NCBI GenBank assembly: GCA_002269645.1
Contig: NIVC01001407.1
Location: forward strand, 186,001-250,000
Length of the DNA: 64,000 nt
Source: Macrostomum lignano
Lineage: Eukaryota
Direction of reading: 5' to 3'
Shown here piece after piece: positions 34,534 to 46,789 of the stretch (position 1 is the first letter of the stretch; each line of letters starts with the position of its first letter). The position numbers and the translations under genes were made by a program. The notes under the pieces are model-generated. The model ran no database searches and was not told the DNA's origin. It worked only from the letters and a program-made list of their open reading frames with translations.

Positions 34534-34992
34534 ATGTCGGCAGAGCCAGACACCGATCCCATCGAAACCGAAACGGAGACGCCAAAGGAGGACACTCCGT
34601 TCGAAGCTGCTCAACGAATAGACGAAGACGACAACCAACAATGCGAGGCCATGGACATCGAAACTGGACAAAAACTGGTCGAGGATGAAGAAGAACCAGA
34701 GTCTGAGCCGGTTATTTTAGCAGAAACAGAAAAAGAGAATGAAGTTGTTAAACTGTCCAGCCTACCGGTCAGCAAGATGAAGCTAATTATGAAAGCCGAT
34801 CCAGACACGCGTCTGATCAATAAAGAAGCCGTGCTAGCGGTTGCCAAGGCGACGGAATTGTTTATTCAACAGTTGGGCAAAGCTGCCCACGATTTTGCTG
34901 TTAAAAGCAAACGAAAGACTGTCACGAAGAAGGACGTTGAACTGGCTATTAACTGGCATCCGGTATTTTCTTTCCTTGATGGTACCTTTTAG
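34534..34992 (+). CDS. POLE4: DNA polymerase epsilon subunit 4 (H2A-like histone fold), intronless, acidic N-terminus
   Basis: LPVSKMKLIMKADPD...EAVLAVAKATELFI...KRKTV...FSFLDGTF*; KADPD and FLDGT favour POLE4 over CHRAC1. Confidence 0.85.
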   Translation: MSAEPDTDPIETETETPKEDTPFEAAQRIDEDDNQQCEAMDIETGQKLVEDEEEPESEPVILAETEKENEVVKLSSLPVSKMKLIMKADPDTRLINKEAVLAVAKATELFIQQLGKAAHDFAVKSKRKTVTKKDVELAINWHPVFSFLDGTF

Positions 34993-35006
34993 ACAATTAT
35001 TAGTTG

Positions 35007-35577
35007 CCGATATGTATCGAAAAGTTGGTTATTTTACATACGCTCTCTACCGATATGTATCGAAAAGTGGGGTTATATTGCATGCATTTTCTGCTAATAA
35101 GTATCAAAAAGTAGATTTTTACGCACATTTTCCGCCGATATGTATCGAAAAGTATAATTATTTATATTTACGAGTACTATAAAATTAGGCTATTTTGCAT
35201 ATTTTTACCGATATGTATCGAAGAGTAATTTATTTTGCATACAATTTCTGCTAGTAAGTATCGAAAAGTAGGTTTTTTTGCCGATATGTATCGAAAAGTG
35301 GGTTTTTGCATGCATTTTCTGCTAATAAGTATCGAAAAGTAAATTATTTTGCATATTTTCTCTGCCGATATGTATCGAAAAGTTATTTCCATACTTATCT
35401 TCGATATGAATCAAGTAACTTTTTCTACACTTAGCTTCAATGACCCGTTAAATACGAGTACCGGTACAAGTGTGTTGTGTTTGTTGCAAAATATGCATTT
35501 TAGGCTTTTTATTACTGACGGTATGTATCGAAAATTAACTTTATTAATTTGCTCATGGCGATATGTATAGAAAGTTT
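35007..35577 (+). repeat. Degenerate array of a conserved CCGATATGTATCGAAAAGT core with variable AT-rich spacers (~11 cores)
   Basis: Cores at 35007, 35050, 35135, 35208, 35281, 35365; variants CTAATAAGTATCGAAAAGT at ~35094, 35251, 35322; decayed copies at ~35518 and ~35557. Confidence 0.85.
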
Positions 35578-36041
35578 GTTTCTACGTTATTATATATTTG
35601 TTTTTTGTGTTTGCACTGTTCTCGTATCGAATCAGCATTTGTAATTTATACCAATGGTACTGTGTTTTAATGTCAGCTAAAATTTTCGATTGGGGGTGTT
35701 AAAATTATGCAGTCATTTTCTGCGTTTCGATAAGTAAAACTCCAATAAATGAAGGCATTTGATGCAAAAATTATTTTTTGAAAGGCATTTGTAGTTTAAT
35801 AAGTTGTCTCAATTTTAATTACTGTATTTTTAATTGGAAGAATTGGCATATCGTAATTCATAGTACTACTTAGTGTAAGCAGCAGTAGTATGAAACGTGA
35901 TATTGTATTTTTTCCTAATTGTATTATATTAGCTTTAATATTCGTTTCTCTACTGCAAGTAGCGTTAATGTATTTTTATTTTTATTTCATTATTTTTTGC
36001 AGCTTGTTTTAATCCAATTAAAGAACTACTATTAGGCAAAG

Positions 36042-37442
36042 ATGGCTTCTTCAACTGATCCCTACGAGTACCTGTTTAAATTTTTGATAATTGGTTCAGC
36101 TGGTACAGGTAAATCCTGTCTGTTGCACCAGTTTCTTGAGCGAAAATTTAAGGCCGATTCGTCGCACACAATCGGAGTGGAGTTTGGCAGCAAAGTTATC
36201 GACGTGAATGGTCGGACTGTGAAACTGCAGGTGATGCTCAGGGCGGTAAATGATGAGCATAGTCAGGAGAGATTATAAGAAGAGAAGTAGAGAAGAGTGG
36301 CTATAAAAGGGTAGACAGTAGAGTGGACGAGACGATAAACATGATAGAGTAGACAAGAGGGTAGATAGAAGGATAGACAGGAGAGAGTAGACGGGAGAGG
36401 GAAGACAGGAAAGGGTAGACAAGAGGGTAGACATAAGATAAGGCACACATAAGACGGTAGAGAAGAGATAGTAGACACGAAGAGGTAGACAAGAGATAGT
36501 AGACACGAAGGAGTAGACAAGAGATAGTAGACACGAAGGAGTAGACAAGAGATAGTAGACACGAAGGAGTAGACAAGAGATAGCTTAGACACGAAGAGGT
36601 AGACAAGAGATAGTAGACACGAAGAGGTAGACAAGAGATAGTAGACACGAAGAGGTAGACAAGAGATAGCTTAGACACGAAGAGGTAGACAAGAGATAGT
36701 AGACACGAAGAGGTAGACAAGAGATAGTAGACACGAAGAGGTAGAGAAGAGATAGTAGACACGAAGAGATGGACAAGAGATAGTAGACACGAAGAGATGG
36801 ACAAGAGATAGTAGACACGAAGAGGTAGACAAGAGATAGTAGACACGAAGGAGTAGACAAGAGATAGTAGACACGAAGAGGTAGGCAAGATTATCGGGAG
36901 TGCTAAGCTGATATATACCCTAGCAACGTGTCTCAACCCCTGGCCCCTCCCAGATCTGGGACACGGCCGGTCAGGAGCGGTTCAAGTCGGTGACCAGATC
37001 CTATTACCGGGGCGCGGCCGGGGCCCTGCTAGTCTACGATGTGACCTCCCGCGATTCCTACAACGCGCTGAGCAACTGGCTGAGCGATGCCCGCAGCCTG
37101 GCCAGCCCCAACATCGCCATCGTGATGATTGGCAATAAACGCGATCTAGACGCCGATCGCGAAGTCACCCTGATGGAGGCGTCCCAGTTTGCCCAGCAGA
37201 ACTGCCTGCTTTTCCTGGAGACTTCCGCCAAGACTGGAGAAAATGTTGAAGACGCATTCGGGCACTGCGCCAGGGCGATCTTGTCGAAGATTGAGTCTGG
37301 CGAAGTAGATCCGGAGCGGCTGGGATCCGGTGTGCAGTTCACCGCCGGATCCTTCTCGGGCAGGTCTCGGAGCCTTGGCGGCGGCGGCGGCGGCGGCACT
37401 GGCGACCACGGCGGCGGGCCGCTGGACAACTGTCAGTGCTGA
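36042..37442 (+). CDS. RAB4: Ras-related protein Rab4, 225 aa
   Basis: Exons 36042-36230 and 36954-37442 (phase 0). [69 protein letters not shown]-terminal CQC prenylation site. Confidence 0.95.
36440..36885 (+). repeat. 28-bp minisatellite in the Rab4 intron
   Basis: Unit GTAGACAAGAGATAGTAGACACGAAGAG. Confidence 0.92.
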
Positions 37443-37554
37443 GCTGCCACCGGGTGTGCCGCCCTACATTTCATAGATGAACTTTTATTGCCTGTGAATC
37501 CTGTTTTTTTTTCTGTAATTGAAGCCTCGATAGATGCGCAATCTGTTATCCAGC

Positions 37555-38060
37555 TTTTATCCGCCCCTCTAATAATCTGCCCTCTGAGATATCCGCCCCC
37601 CAACGAGAGTCCGCCCCTAAGAATCCGCCCCCTAAAAATCCGCCCCCTAAGAATCCGCCCCCAAGAATCCGCCTACAAAATCCGCTCCCGCAAGAATCTG
37701 CCTCATAAAATCCGCCCCCTAACAATCTACCCTCTGAAATATCCGCCCCCCTCCGAGAATCCGCCCCCAAAGAATCCACCCCGCCCTAAGAATCCGCCCC
37801 CTAAGAATCTGCCCCCAAAGAATCCACCCCCGCCCTAAGAATCCGCCCCCTAAGAATCCGCCTCCAAGAATCCGCCAACAAAATCCGCCCCCTAACAATC
37901 TACCCTCTGAAATATCCGCCCCCCTCTGAAATATCCGCCCCCCTCCGAGAATCCGCCCCCCACCCTAAGAATCCGCCCCACAAAGTCCACCCCAGAAAAT
38001 CCGCCCCCACAGGAATCCGCCTCACAAAATATGCCCCCACTTAGGAATCTGCCCCCTTAA
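37555..38060 (+). repeat. C-rich degenerate minisatellite downstream of Rab4, same core as 33845-34405
   Basis: Core AAGAATCCGCCCCC. Confidence 0.88.
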
Positions 38061-38978
38061 GTTTTGGGTCGTAAGACGGTTAATGCTCACCTGTTATAGA
38101 GAAAAGAAAAATGTTGCTATATTTAAAAGTGAATATATATAATTGCAACTCTCCTTGCTAAACAGCTTTCTTCGTCTGTTATTCGTTGTGTTCTGATCCA
38201 GCTGATCCAATTTACCCAAATTGTAACAGAAATGATCTATGAAACAATAATTAAAAAAAAACGTTTCTGTTCGGTATATTGTTCGCATTTTCGTTTTCAA
38301 GCACTTTTTTGCAGTCATCCCCTGCAAATCTCGTTTTCAATTCTGCAGCTCCCTACCGCCTGCTGCATGTACATTTGGTGTTGGCTGCAATTGCTGTTTA
38401 GATTACTTCGATATTGCTACTTATATGACAGTAAAGTAGCGCTTTAAGCGCATGGCTTTTTAATTTTTTTGTGTGACCGTTCTCTGGCCCTGAGCTCGCA
38501 ACTGCCAGCGCTTTTATCGTTTCTATTTATTGATACTTTTACCTTGTATGCTAACGTGAGAGTAAGGTAGTTAATTGAGTTTTTGGCTAGTTAGTTCATC
38601 ATCGTGTCTACTTAGTAGTATATAGTTTGTTTCGGCTTTTTTTCCCGAAAATTGCGTTGTCATGACAAGCATTAAAAGCTATAATTTATTGGGTCAATTC
38701 ATGTCGCTTCTTCGCTTTATGTTGTTCCCAAGTAAATTTCAACAAGCGTATTAATTTATAAATAAATTGCACAGATATTAACGCTTCTGTTATTGCTACC
38801 ACAAGTAGTACAGTTGGAGGCTACTGTTAATTTTTGTTGTCTTGGCCGATTCTTGTAAGTCAGAAGTCAGGAAAACGGAAAGTAATTTTTGCTTTGTTAG
38901 TTTTATCTGTTTTTTTATGAACGTTATTATGGAAAATATGAAACTTGTATATGTTTAGTGCTACTGATTCTTTATTCG

Positions 38979-39200
38979 TCAGTAGTATGATGCGTCTGCA
39001 GTGCTGCTGCTGCTATTGTAAAGCAGAGTGGTAGCCAATAAATCAGCCGTTGTTCTGGGCGGCTTCAGTCGATCGTCTTGACCGTAGCTGGCACCGAGTT
39101 TCACAAACAGAACTGTGTAGGTGATGATCAAGGCTGCGATCTGGGGGAAGGGATGGATGGATAGATAGATAGTTAAATAGATAGACAGATAGTTAGATAA

Positions 39201-39241
<41 letters not shown>

Positions 39242-39242
39242 C

Positions 39243-39276
<34 letters not shown>

Positions 39277-39320
39277 TTAGACAGATAGATAGTTAGATAG
39301 ATAGACAGATAGTTAGATAA

Positions 39321-39376
<56 letters not shown>

Positions 39377-39395
39377 TAGATAGATACATAGATAG

Positions 39396-39459
<64 letters not shown>

Positions 39460-39516
39460 CAGATAGTTAGACAAATAGATAGATAGATAGATAGATAGAC
39501 AGATAGATAGACAGAC

Positions 39517-39567
<51 letters not shown>

Positions 39568-39620
39568 CAGATAGTTAGATAAATAGATAGATAGATAGAT
39601 AGATAGACAGATAGATAGAC

Positions 39621-39686
<66 letters not shown>

Positions 39687-39687
39687 C

Positions 39688-39722
<35 letters not shown>

Positions 39723-39739
39723 CAGATAGATAGACAGAC

Positions 39740-39790
<51 letters not shown>

Positions 39791-39814
39791 GAGATAGATA
39801 GATAGATAGATAGT

Positions 39815-39850
<36 letters not shown>

Positions 39851-39875
39851 CAGATAGATAAATAGATAGATAGAG

Positions 39876-39909
<34 letters not shown>

Positions 39910-40052
39910 TTAGATAGATAGATAGATAGATAGATAGATTAGATAGATAAATAGATAAATAGATAGATAGAGAGATAGATAGATAGATAGATAGACAGAT
40001 AGATAGACAGATAGATAGATAGATAGACAGATAGATAGATAGATAGATAGAC

Positions 40053-40088
<36 letters not shown>

Positions 40089-43000
40089 GGAGGGATAGAC
40101 TAGAGACAAGACTAGTTTGAACGGTCTTCATCAGTCCCTAAAACTGACACACAAATGCGACCTCATGCGGTTCGTATCCCTATAGTACTTTGTGTTCGGT
40201 CTCGAGATTTCACTGATAAACAGCTGAGCAAGAATCGGGTCCAGTCTAGCTCCTGCCCTGTCCCGACAAAATCTCCGTGGCCTCCGCCCCCCCCCCCCGT
40301 AAAAGTGTCCGCCTTTCCTATTTAAGGTCACAAACAGTTTTCTCTTATCTACATGCATATGCTGACAATTTTGAGTCACACTGTTTGGAGTCCGCACAGC
40401 TGTTTTTAGTGAATTTAATGCCGTGACCTGAAACTCGTCCTTTGATCTCACCTAAAAATGCGATGGCAATCGTGTCATGCACGTACGGTTTAGGGGCGAA
40501 TGTTTGGAATAGACAATACGACAGTAGTCCTGTAAAAGGACAGTCGACATTTCAGTGCACTATTCAGCGTATGTATACTCGTACAAGTTTGTATTTAAGT
40601 TATATCTTTGCATCTCTGATTGAAAGATGGGCAAGTTTTAAGTTCGTGAAGATGCGAGTTTGTTAAATTTCGACGCTTGTGAAGATTCCAGTTCGTGAAG
40701 ATGCGAGTTTGTTAAATTTCGACGCTTGTGAAGATTCCAGTTCGTGAAGATGCGAGTTTGTGAAGATTCGAGTTTGTGACATTTCTTTTGAGTTTGTGAT
40801 GATTCGAGTTTGTGAAGATTTGAGTTTGTGATGATTCGAGTTTGTGAAGATTCGAGTTTGTGACATTTCTTTTGAGTTTGTGATGATTCGAGTTTGTGAA
40901 GATTTGAGTTTGTGATGTTTCGAGTTTGTGACGTTTCGAGTTTGTGAAGATTTGAGTTTGTGATGATTCGAGTTTGTGAAGATTCGAGTTTGTGATGTTT
41001 CGAGTTTGGGAAGATTTGAGTTTGTGATGTTTCAAGTTTGGGAGGATTTGAGTTTGTGATATTTCTAGTTTGTGAAGATTCGAGTTTGTGAAGATTCGAG
41101 TTTGAAGATTCGAGTTTGTGTAGATTAGAGTTTGTGAAGATTCGAGCTTGTGAAGTTTCGAGTTCCAATAGTGCCAACAGTTCGTGACTTTTAGTTCAGT
41201 TGAAATGCAATCTGATTTCTCGTACAAAACTGCCAAGTAGAGACAATCTGAGGCCTGAGCAGCAGCGGCTACTCACCGTCATGGTTGATGTTCTCGACAA
41301 GGTGAACAAGTTCCAGGCGGTGAAGCCGATGTTACCGATGGTCAGCTTGTTTAGGAAAATCATTAGCTGTAAATAATTATATAGTAGAGTGAGATGCATA
41401 TAGGAAATGGTAGATAAATAAAATGCTTTACTATTACGTCATAGTTGCAGGTGCTGTTTCCACCCACCTGTCCAATTTTCGCTGGATTCACCGTGTAATC
41501 CTTCAAGTTCATGTTCTGAATGACGTCCAGCGGAGAGCAGGCCTGTGTTATACCAGATGTGGGTAGAAGATTAAGATAGATATTACAACTAGTAGGAACG
41601 CAAAGGCTCATATTTTTACATAGAAAACTTGTGCTAAAACGATACTTCCTATAAAAGTGTAGGTCTGTTTATTCCCATAAAAGTAGAATCGATTGAAAAA
41701 ATCAAAGGCCTTTATTTTTAAATCCTTGTGAGAAAAATTGCTAAAGCCCTGGTTCTGGCGCCCCTAGGTGCTAAAGACCCTGGTGCTAAATCCCCTGTTG
41801 CTAAAGCCCCTGGTGCTAAATCCCCTGTTGCTAAAGCCCCTGGTGCTAAAGACCCTGGTGCTAAAGCCCCTGGTGCTAAAGACCCTGGTGCTAAAGACCC
41901 TGGTGCTAACCCAATGGCTACATGCTTTCTCTATGGTTAATTAGCAGCTGAATAAATTGTCGATCTAATTATTAAAAACTGTGTGAGATATCGATCATTT
42001 AGGGATCATTAAAGCGCTACTCACAGCCTGGTTGACTCTGGAAGCGGAAATGGTCACGCCAAACAGTCTCAGCAGAGCAAAGATCAGCCAGAACCAGACC
42101 TCAATGATGATGCCCCTGCCGGGAAAGCTGCCCACAATCAGGTTGTAGAGGATGAGGCAGACGCTTAGAATATCCGTGATAAAAACGGTGAACACGTAGA
42201 AATTAAACAGCTGATCAAACGCCGCTACCAGCTTGCTGATTCTCCAGGACTCCAGGCGGAATTTTTCAATGTCTCCAACAAAGATTCGATCGTTGGTGCA
42301 GGCCAGTCGCAGTCGGTGAGCCAAGAAGCGAAACTCGCGCTCGAAAATCCAGGTGAAGTTACAGAACAGCAGAGCTGGGAACACCCAGGCGGCAGACATG
42401 AACATGTCGAATGTCAGGTACAAGAAGCCCAGAACACCTTTAGATGCGTCGCTCCATGGCACGACATAGGTGTAGGGCCGCAGAAAGGTTTTATAATAGT
42501 CGCTTTCAGCTTGAGTAGCCCAGGCGAGGAATACCGCAACTTCAAGTGCGACCAAGGCGACGCCAACTATTGCGGAGATCTTGGCCCTCCGAGCCAGAGT
42601 GTACCGATAAGTCAGGCTATGACGCCGGCACATGAACTCGTGGCAGGCTTTGAAGAATCGAGGGAAACTCCCCGACGCTCGGAACATGACGGTCAAAGCT
42701 ACGGCCGCCTGGATGTAAACCACGTGATGAGTGAGCTTGAGGAAAAGCAGGGAGTCGAAGTGTTCCTCTCCCCAGTCGTACACGAACAGGTAGCGAGCTA
42801 CGTTGAACCACATGGCCAGCATGACCAGGCCAGAGTAGATATAGCTGTGGGTGAACTTCGCCGCCGGCTTGCCCCGGTTCTGTCTGGTGTGAAATGCGCC
42901 GAACACCTTCAGGGCTAGGAATAGCGGATGCAACGGCTTGTAAAGCGACACGTAGCTGCGCTTATAGTTGGTGCCCTGCTCCGTGCTGCCCACCTGGGCC

Positions 43001-44467
43001 ATGTCCTCCAGCTGGGACAGACTCTGCGAGCCGGACTTCTGCAGCGACGCCTTGCCGCTGGAAGTGTTGAAGGCGTAATTCAGCTTCACGGCTCGGGAGG
43101 CGCGCGAGATTTTGCGCTCGGCAGGCCGACAGCCGGACAGAGAGGCGGCCGACTGACTGGCCAGCGAGATGCGAGAAGAGTGTGAGATCTTCCTCAGGCT
43201 GGGGTGCTCCGCTAGGCCGTGCGAGAAGTACTGCTGCGATCCAGCCGCTGGGGCTGGCGAGGCCCATCTAAATACAGGTAGCGGTTTTGATTGAAAATCT
43301 CATTAAACCAGTGCATGGGGACTGACAGGGAGGTTGTCGTGAGATTCACAGCCATAAGGGCCAACCCCCAAGCCACAGAGAGTGTAAAATGCCTGACAAT
43401 TAGAAAATCATAGCCGCTGTACATGTACACCCTGTGTGAGCGTGTGTTCTGAGTGCGTGGCATGTTTGTGCTCAGGATTCAGCGAAACGGATAGAATCGT
43501 CTCAGCGCTTGTTGTGGGACGATTTCCAGCTTTCTTCTGAATATTTTTATGTAAAATTCATATACCAAACTTTCATACATGTGTGCTCGTACTTCATATT
43601 CATAAACTTCACTTCTGCTCAAATATTATTGAAATCTACTGACGCATACTGTACATCTGCTTACCTGTACGGACTGCCGTGCGGCACTCCCGAGTAGACA
43701 CTCTCCTCACCAGCGGACAGCCTCACGCTGGACTGATTGCGCAACCGCTGATAAAAGTACTGATTATAGCGATCCTCGCAGTCCGTGGTGAACGCAGGTG
43801 GCGAGTCCGGATCCGACTCTGGTTTCGTTGGAGTTTTCAGCGTCTCCAGGGTTTCTAGAAACGTTCGCGGCTGGCTGCAGGACGAAGGCCTCGCTGGCTG
43901 GCTCCGCCGAGACGATCCAGCCATCGCGCCGCTAATTGCTCGGAGCGGGATCTCCTCGTACGCGTCTTCGGCTTCCTCGACTTCAGCCGCAGCTTCCGCC
44001 GCGGCTCGACGTTCTTCAGCTTCCGTTTCGAATACTTCTCTCTCCTCCTCGGCCTCCTCGCAGGCTCCTTCGTCGTCTGACTCTGCACCGTCCGAGTCGC
44101 GGTCTCGATGCCGCTCCGAGCCCGAGCTGTCGATGGAGGACGAGGTGGACGCTGAATCGTGCCGGCTCCTCTTCTGTCGCCTTCTGCGCTGCTGGAACAG
44201 TCTGTTGACATCCAGCACAATGGCTGAGAACTCGCTGTCCGCTCGAGGCCGTCTGGAACCTCTTGGCGGCAGTGGCGGCGGAGTCTGCGAGGAGGTTGGC
44301 GTCGGCAGAGCCTGTGGTGTCTGATGGCTGTTTCTAAGAAAACTGTGATGCGTTCGCTGCAGGGACAGCACCCGCTTTAGAGCTGGAGATGGAGGCGGTA
44401 CTGGCTGCTGTTGGCGCTGCTGCTGCTGCTGAAGTTCAGCAAGCTGAGCACTGTTCCATCTGCGCAT
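38979..44467 (-). CDS. Gustatory receptor-like (GRL, 7TM chemoreceptor superfamily) protein, ~790 aa, with long N-terminal extension
   Basis: Exons 43665-44467, 42025-43267, 41468-41542, 41277-41366, 38979-39140 (phases 2,0,0,0). Seven hydrophobic stretches; C-terminal [25 protein letters not shown]...[14 protein letters not shown] matches the GR/OR TM7 TY motif; three C-terminal phase-0 introns as in the ancestral GR pattern. Confidence 0.82.
39155..40090 (+). repeat. (GATA)n/(GACA) microsatellite, ~0.93 kb, in the last GRL intron
   Basis: Directly visible; abuts the acceptor at 39141-39142. Confidence 0.97.
40640..41165 (+). repeat. ~16-bp degenerate minisatellite in the last GRL intron
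   Basis: Core GATTCGAGTTTGTGAA. Confidence 0.9.
41737..41910 (+). repeat. 15-bp tandem repeat in GRL intron 2
   Basis: Unit CCTGGTGCTAAAG(A/C)C. Confidence 0.9.
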
Positions 44468-45103
44468 TACGTTAGATTTTATTGTCGAAAAACAGTTTTA
44501 CAGAAATTTTGTTCAAAAACAGTTCTGCCCGTGGTTGCTTAGTTCGTCTCGGTTTTTGGGGGAAGAATGGCTAAAAAAGTTTTTTGAGCTTCTTTTTTTG
44601 CTTTTTCTTCGCTTATCTGTGCAGCCCTTTGGACTCTCCTTCTCTCTGGCTCAGTAGCGTTTCACAACTGCCTGTCACTTTCCTTTTGTATCGACACAAT
44701 TTTATTCAAAAAACCAACCTGTCAGCCAGGACACAGTTGCTCTTTTATCAGTTACGAGTAAGTAGACGTTGAAAGTATTAACTTCAAGAGGCCAGTGCAA
44801 AAAAATTGCCGTGAGACAGTTCCAAATCTTTGATTTAGTCCTGGATGTACGAGTAGAAATATAAACAGTTATATAATTCAACAAATTTTCGCTTTCAGTC
44901 TATGATAGATTAAATGAAAAGCCCAGACAGCGAAGTCAAATTGATTCCTTATTGTTATTGGCATATGAAAGTTGAAGTGAAAGTGAGCACTAAGAACTGT
45001 TCAAATCATTTGCTGGGTTAAAAATAATACTACAATAAATCCTATACTTAGCACGCCTTTTTTAGGTTTTAACGTCGCGAGTTAACCGTTGATTTTCGAA
45101 TCG

Positions 45104-46789
45104 TCACAGGATTTCGTACACCAGCAGTCTCATCTGGACGCTGTCCGCAACCACTAGGCACCTGGCTGAGTCACCTGGCAGCTTGGTCACAGCTACTCCT
45201 TGTGGACGTTTTAAAGTGACCGAAGCGCCATACGTTGAGCTGCAAAATTCAGCTAGAGATGGCAACTGCTGGTGCTGCTGCAGCTGCAAAGCTCCATCAC
45301 CGTCTATGCTGAGCATTCGCACCGAGCTGCTCGCCGGGTCGCTGCCGTACAGCAGCAGCCTGTCGGTTCTGTCAGCCGCCATTTTCCACGGAGGCCGTTG
45401 GAAGCCGACGGGCAGCCTGCCAAGCCGGCGGCTCGGGTCCGACAGGCTCAGCTGGCGCACCTGTCCGCTTCTTGTCACGATCAGCAGGTTGTCGGCGTGC
45501 AGAGCCAATTCGTGCATCTCGTCAGCGTTGATGCCGCCGCTTTCTTGGCCGCCGACTAAGAAATTCACCTTGCCTAGCACCCTGTCAACGCTGATGATGC
45601 AGTTGTTGCCGATGTCAAGAATGAACACCTGGCTGTCCGAGACTGCGATGCTGCTAATCCAGTCGATTGGCATGCCCAGGCTGCCGGCGGAGATCACCCT
45701 GGTCACTTCGCCGTCCAGATTGGTCACAGTCACGGTATTGGCCTGGGCTATAAATAGCAACTGAAGCGCACTGTCGCACTGGAGCCCGTTGATCCATACT
45801 GACCAGTCCAGGTTGCTTTGGAAGCAAACTTTATCGTATCCGGTGAGTGACGTCACTGCCAGGTAGTCGATGCACTCGGGAAGGAATGAGACAAAGATAG
45901 CCGGCTGAGGCAATGGAAACTGCTGATTCGTAGAACTGATTGCCTTAACTATTCGGTTGTTCGAGTCGCACACGAACCCAGCCGTGTTGGTGCACACAGC
46001 TACGTGGTAGGGTTCGCTAGTGAGGGATTCAATCGAACCTACAAGACGACCAATCGGCTGCTGCGGTGGAGGTGGAGCTGTAGGTTGCCGCTGTTGACCA
46101 GAAGAACGGCTGTGTTCGAACGAGATGGCGGGATGCAGTGGCTGCAGACTGGGCCCAGGTGCATTCGCAAGATCTGGTGCAACTGAATTCACCTGAGCAA
46201 CGTGGGCAATTTGACTATCAATCAGCTGATGCAGCTGCTTCACTGCAACCGGCAGATGATTGGTAGATCCCTTGGTGCGAAGATATTCAGCTGACCTCTC
46301 GTTGGCCTCGTCTATCCACAGCTCGGTTGAGTTTAACAGTTCCACGATGCGTTGGTTGTCGCCGCTGTTGCCGGCAAGAGTCAGCTCCTTCTCGCAGTCG
46401 GTCGCCTCGGTCATATCGCTAAGCTTGCCGGCTACGGAATCCTGCGCCCGCTGCATCTGCGACATCACTGTGTCCGACCACTGCTCGATGCTGTCTCGCA
46501 TGGCATCGAAAGTCGCCTGCACTTCGGCCAGCTGCAAAGTCAACGAGTCGTACTCCTGCTTCAGTGACTGCTGTCGATCGTTTGACTCTCTCATCAAGCG
46601 CAGGTTGCGAAGCAGTTTAGCCAGCATATCGCCTGCCTTTTTCACGTCGCGCTTCAGATGATAGGAGCACAGAGGCAGATTGGACACTGGGCCCACGCCA
46701 GCTGACATATTTCTACATCCTCGTGAGCTGCAAGACAAGTTGGGATTGCTGCCCGTCTCTGGCTCTTCATGCGGTGAATTCGCAGACAT
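45104..46789 (-). CDS. Intronless TRIM-NHL-like protein (degenerate B-box, coiled coil, NHL/beta-propeller), 561 aa
   Basis: CSSRGC...LPLCSYH Cys/His cluster, heptad-rich 55-190 region, NHL-like EPYHVAV..FVCDSNN, ISSIAVSDSQVFILDIGNNCI and RPQGVAV..LVVADS..RLLVY. No RING visible. Confidence 0.65.
   Translation of the reverse strand: MSANSPHEEPETGSNPNLSCSSRGCRNMSAGVGPVSNLPLCSYHLKRDVKKAGDMLAKLLRNLRLMRESNDRQQSLKQEYDSLTLQLAEVQATFDAMRDSIEQWSDTVMSQMQRAQDSVAGKLSDMTEATDCEKELTLAGNSGDNQRIVELLNSTELWIDEANERSAEYLRTKGSTNHLPVAVKQLHQLIDSQIAHVAQVNSVAPDLANAPGPSLQPLHPAISFEHSRSSGQQRQPTAPPPPQQPIGRLVGSIESLTSEPYHVAVCTNTAGFVCDSNNRIVKAISSTNQQFPLPQPAIFVSFLPECIDYLAVTSLTGYDKVCFQSNLDWSVWINGLQCDSALQLLFIAQANTVTVTNLDGEVTRVISAGSLGMPIDWISSIAVSDSQVFILDIGNNCIISVDRVLGKVNFLVGGQESGGINADEMHELALHADNLLIVTRSGQVRQLSLSDPSRRLGRLPVGFQRPPWKMAADRTDRLLLYGSDPASSSVRMLSIDGDGALQLQQHQQLPSLAEFCSSTYGASVTLKRPQGVAVTKLPGDSARCLVVADSVQMRLLVYEIL

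Noticed and set aside
35007-35577. CRISPR array
   Set aside because: Eukaryotic context, no cas genes, irregular spacer lengths and mutually similar spacers; kept as a motif array.
41728-41940. Histone H1/neurofilament-like KAPGAK ORF
   Set aside because: 15-bp repeat antisense within a GRL intron; starts at GTG and has no splice support.
42316-44324. Plus-strand ORFs (200, 179 and 90 aa)
   Set aside because: Antisense shadows of GC-rich GRL exons.
45183-46661. Plus-strand ORFs opposite the NHL gene
   Set aside because: Antisense shadows.
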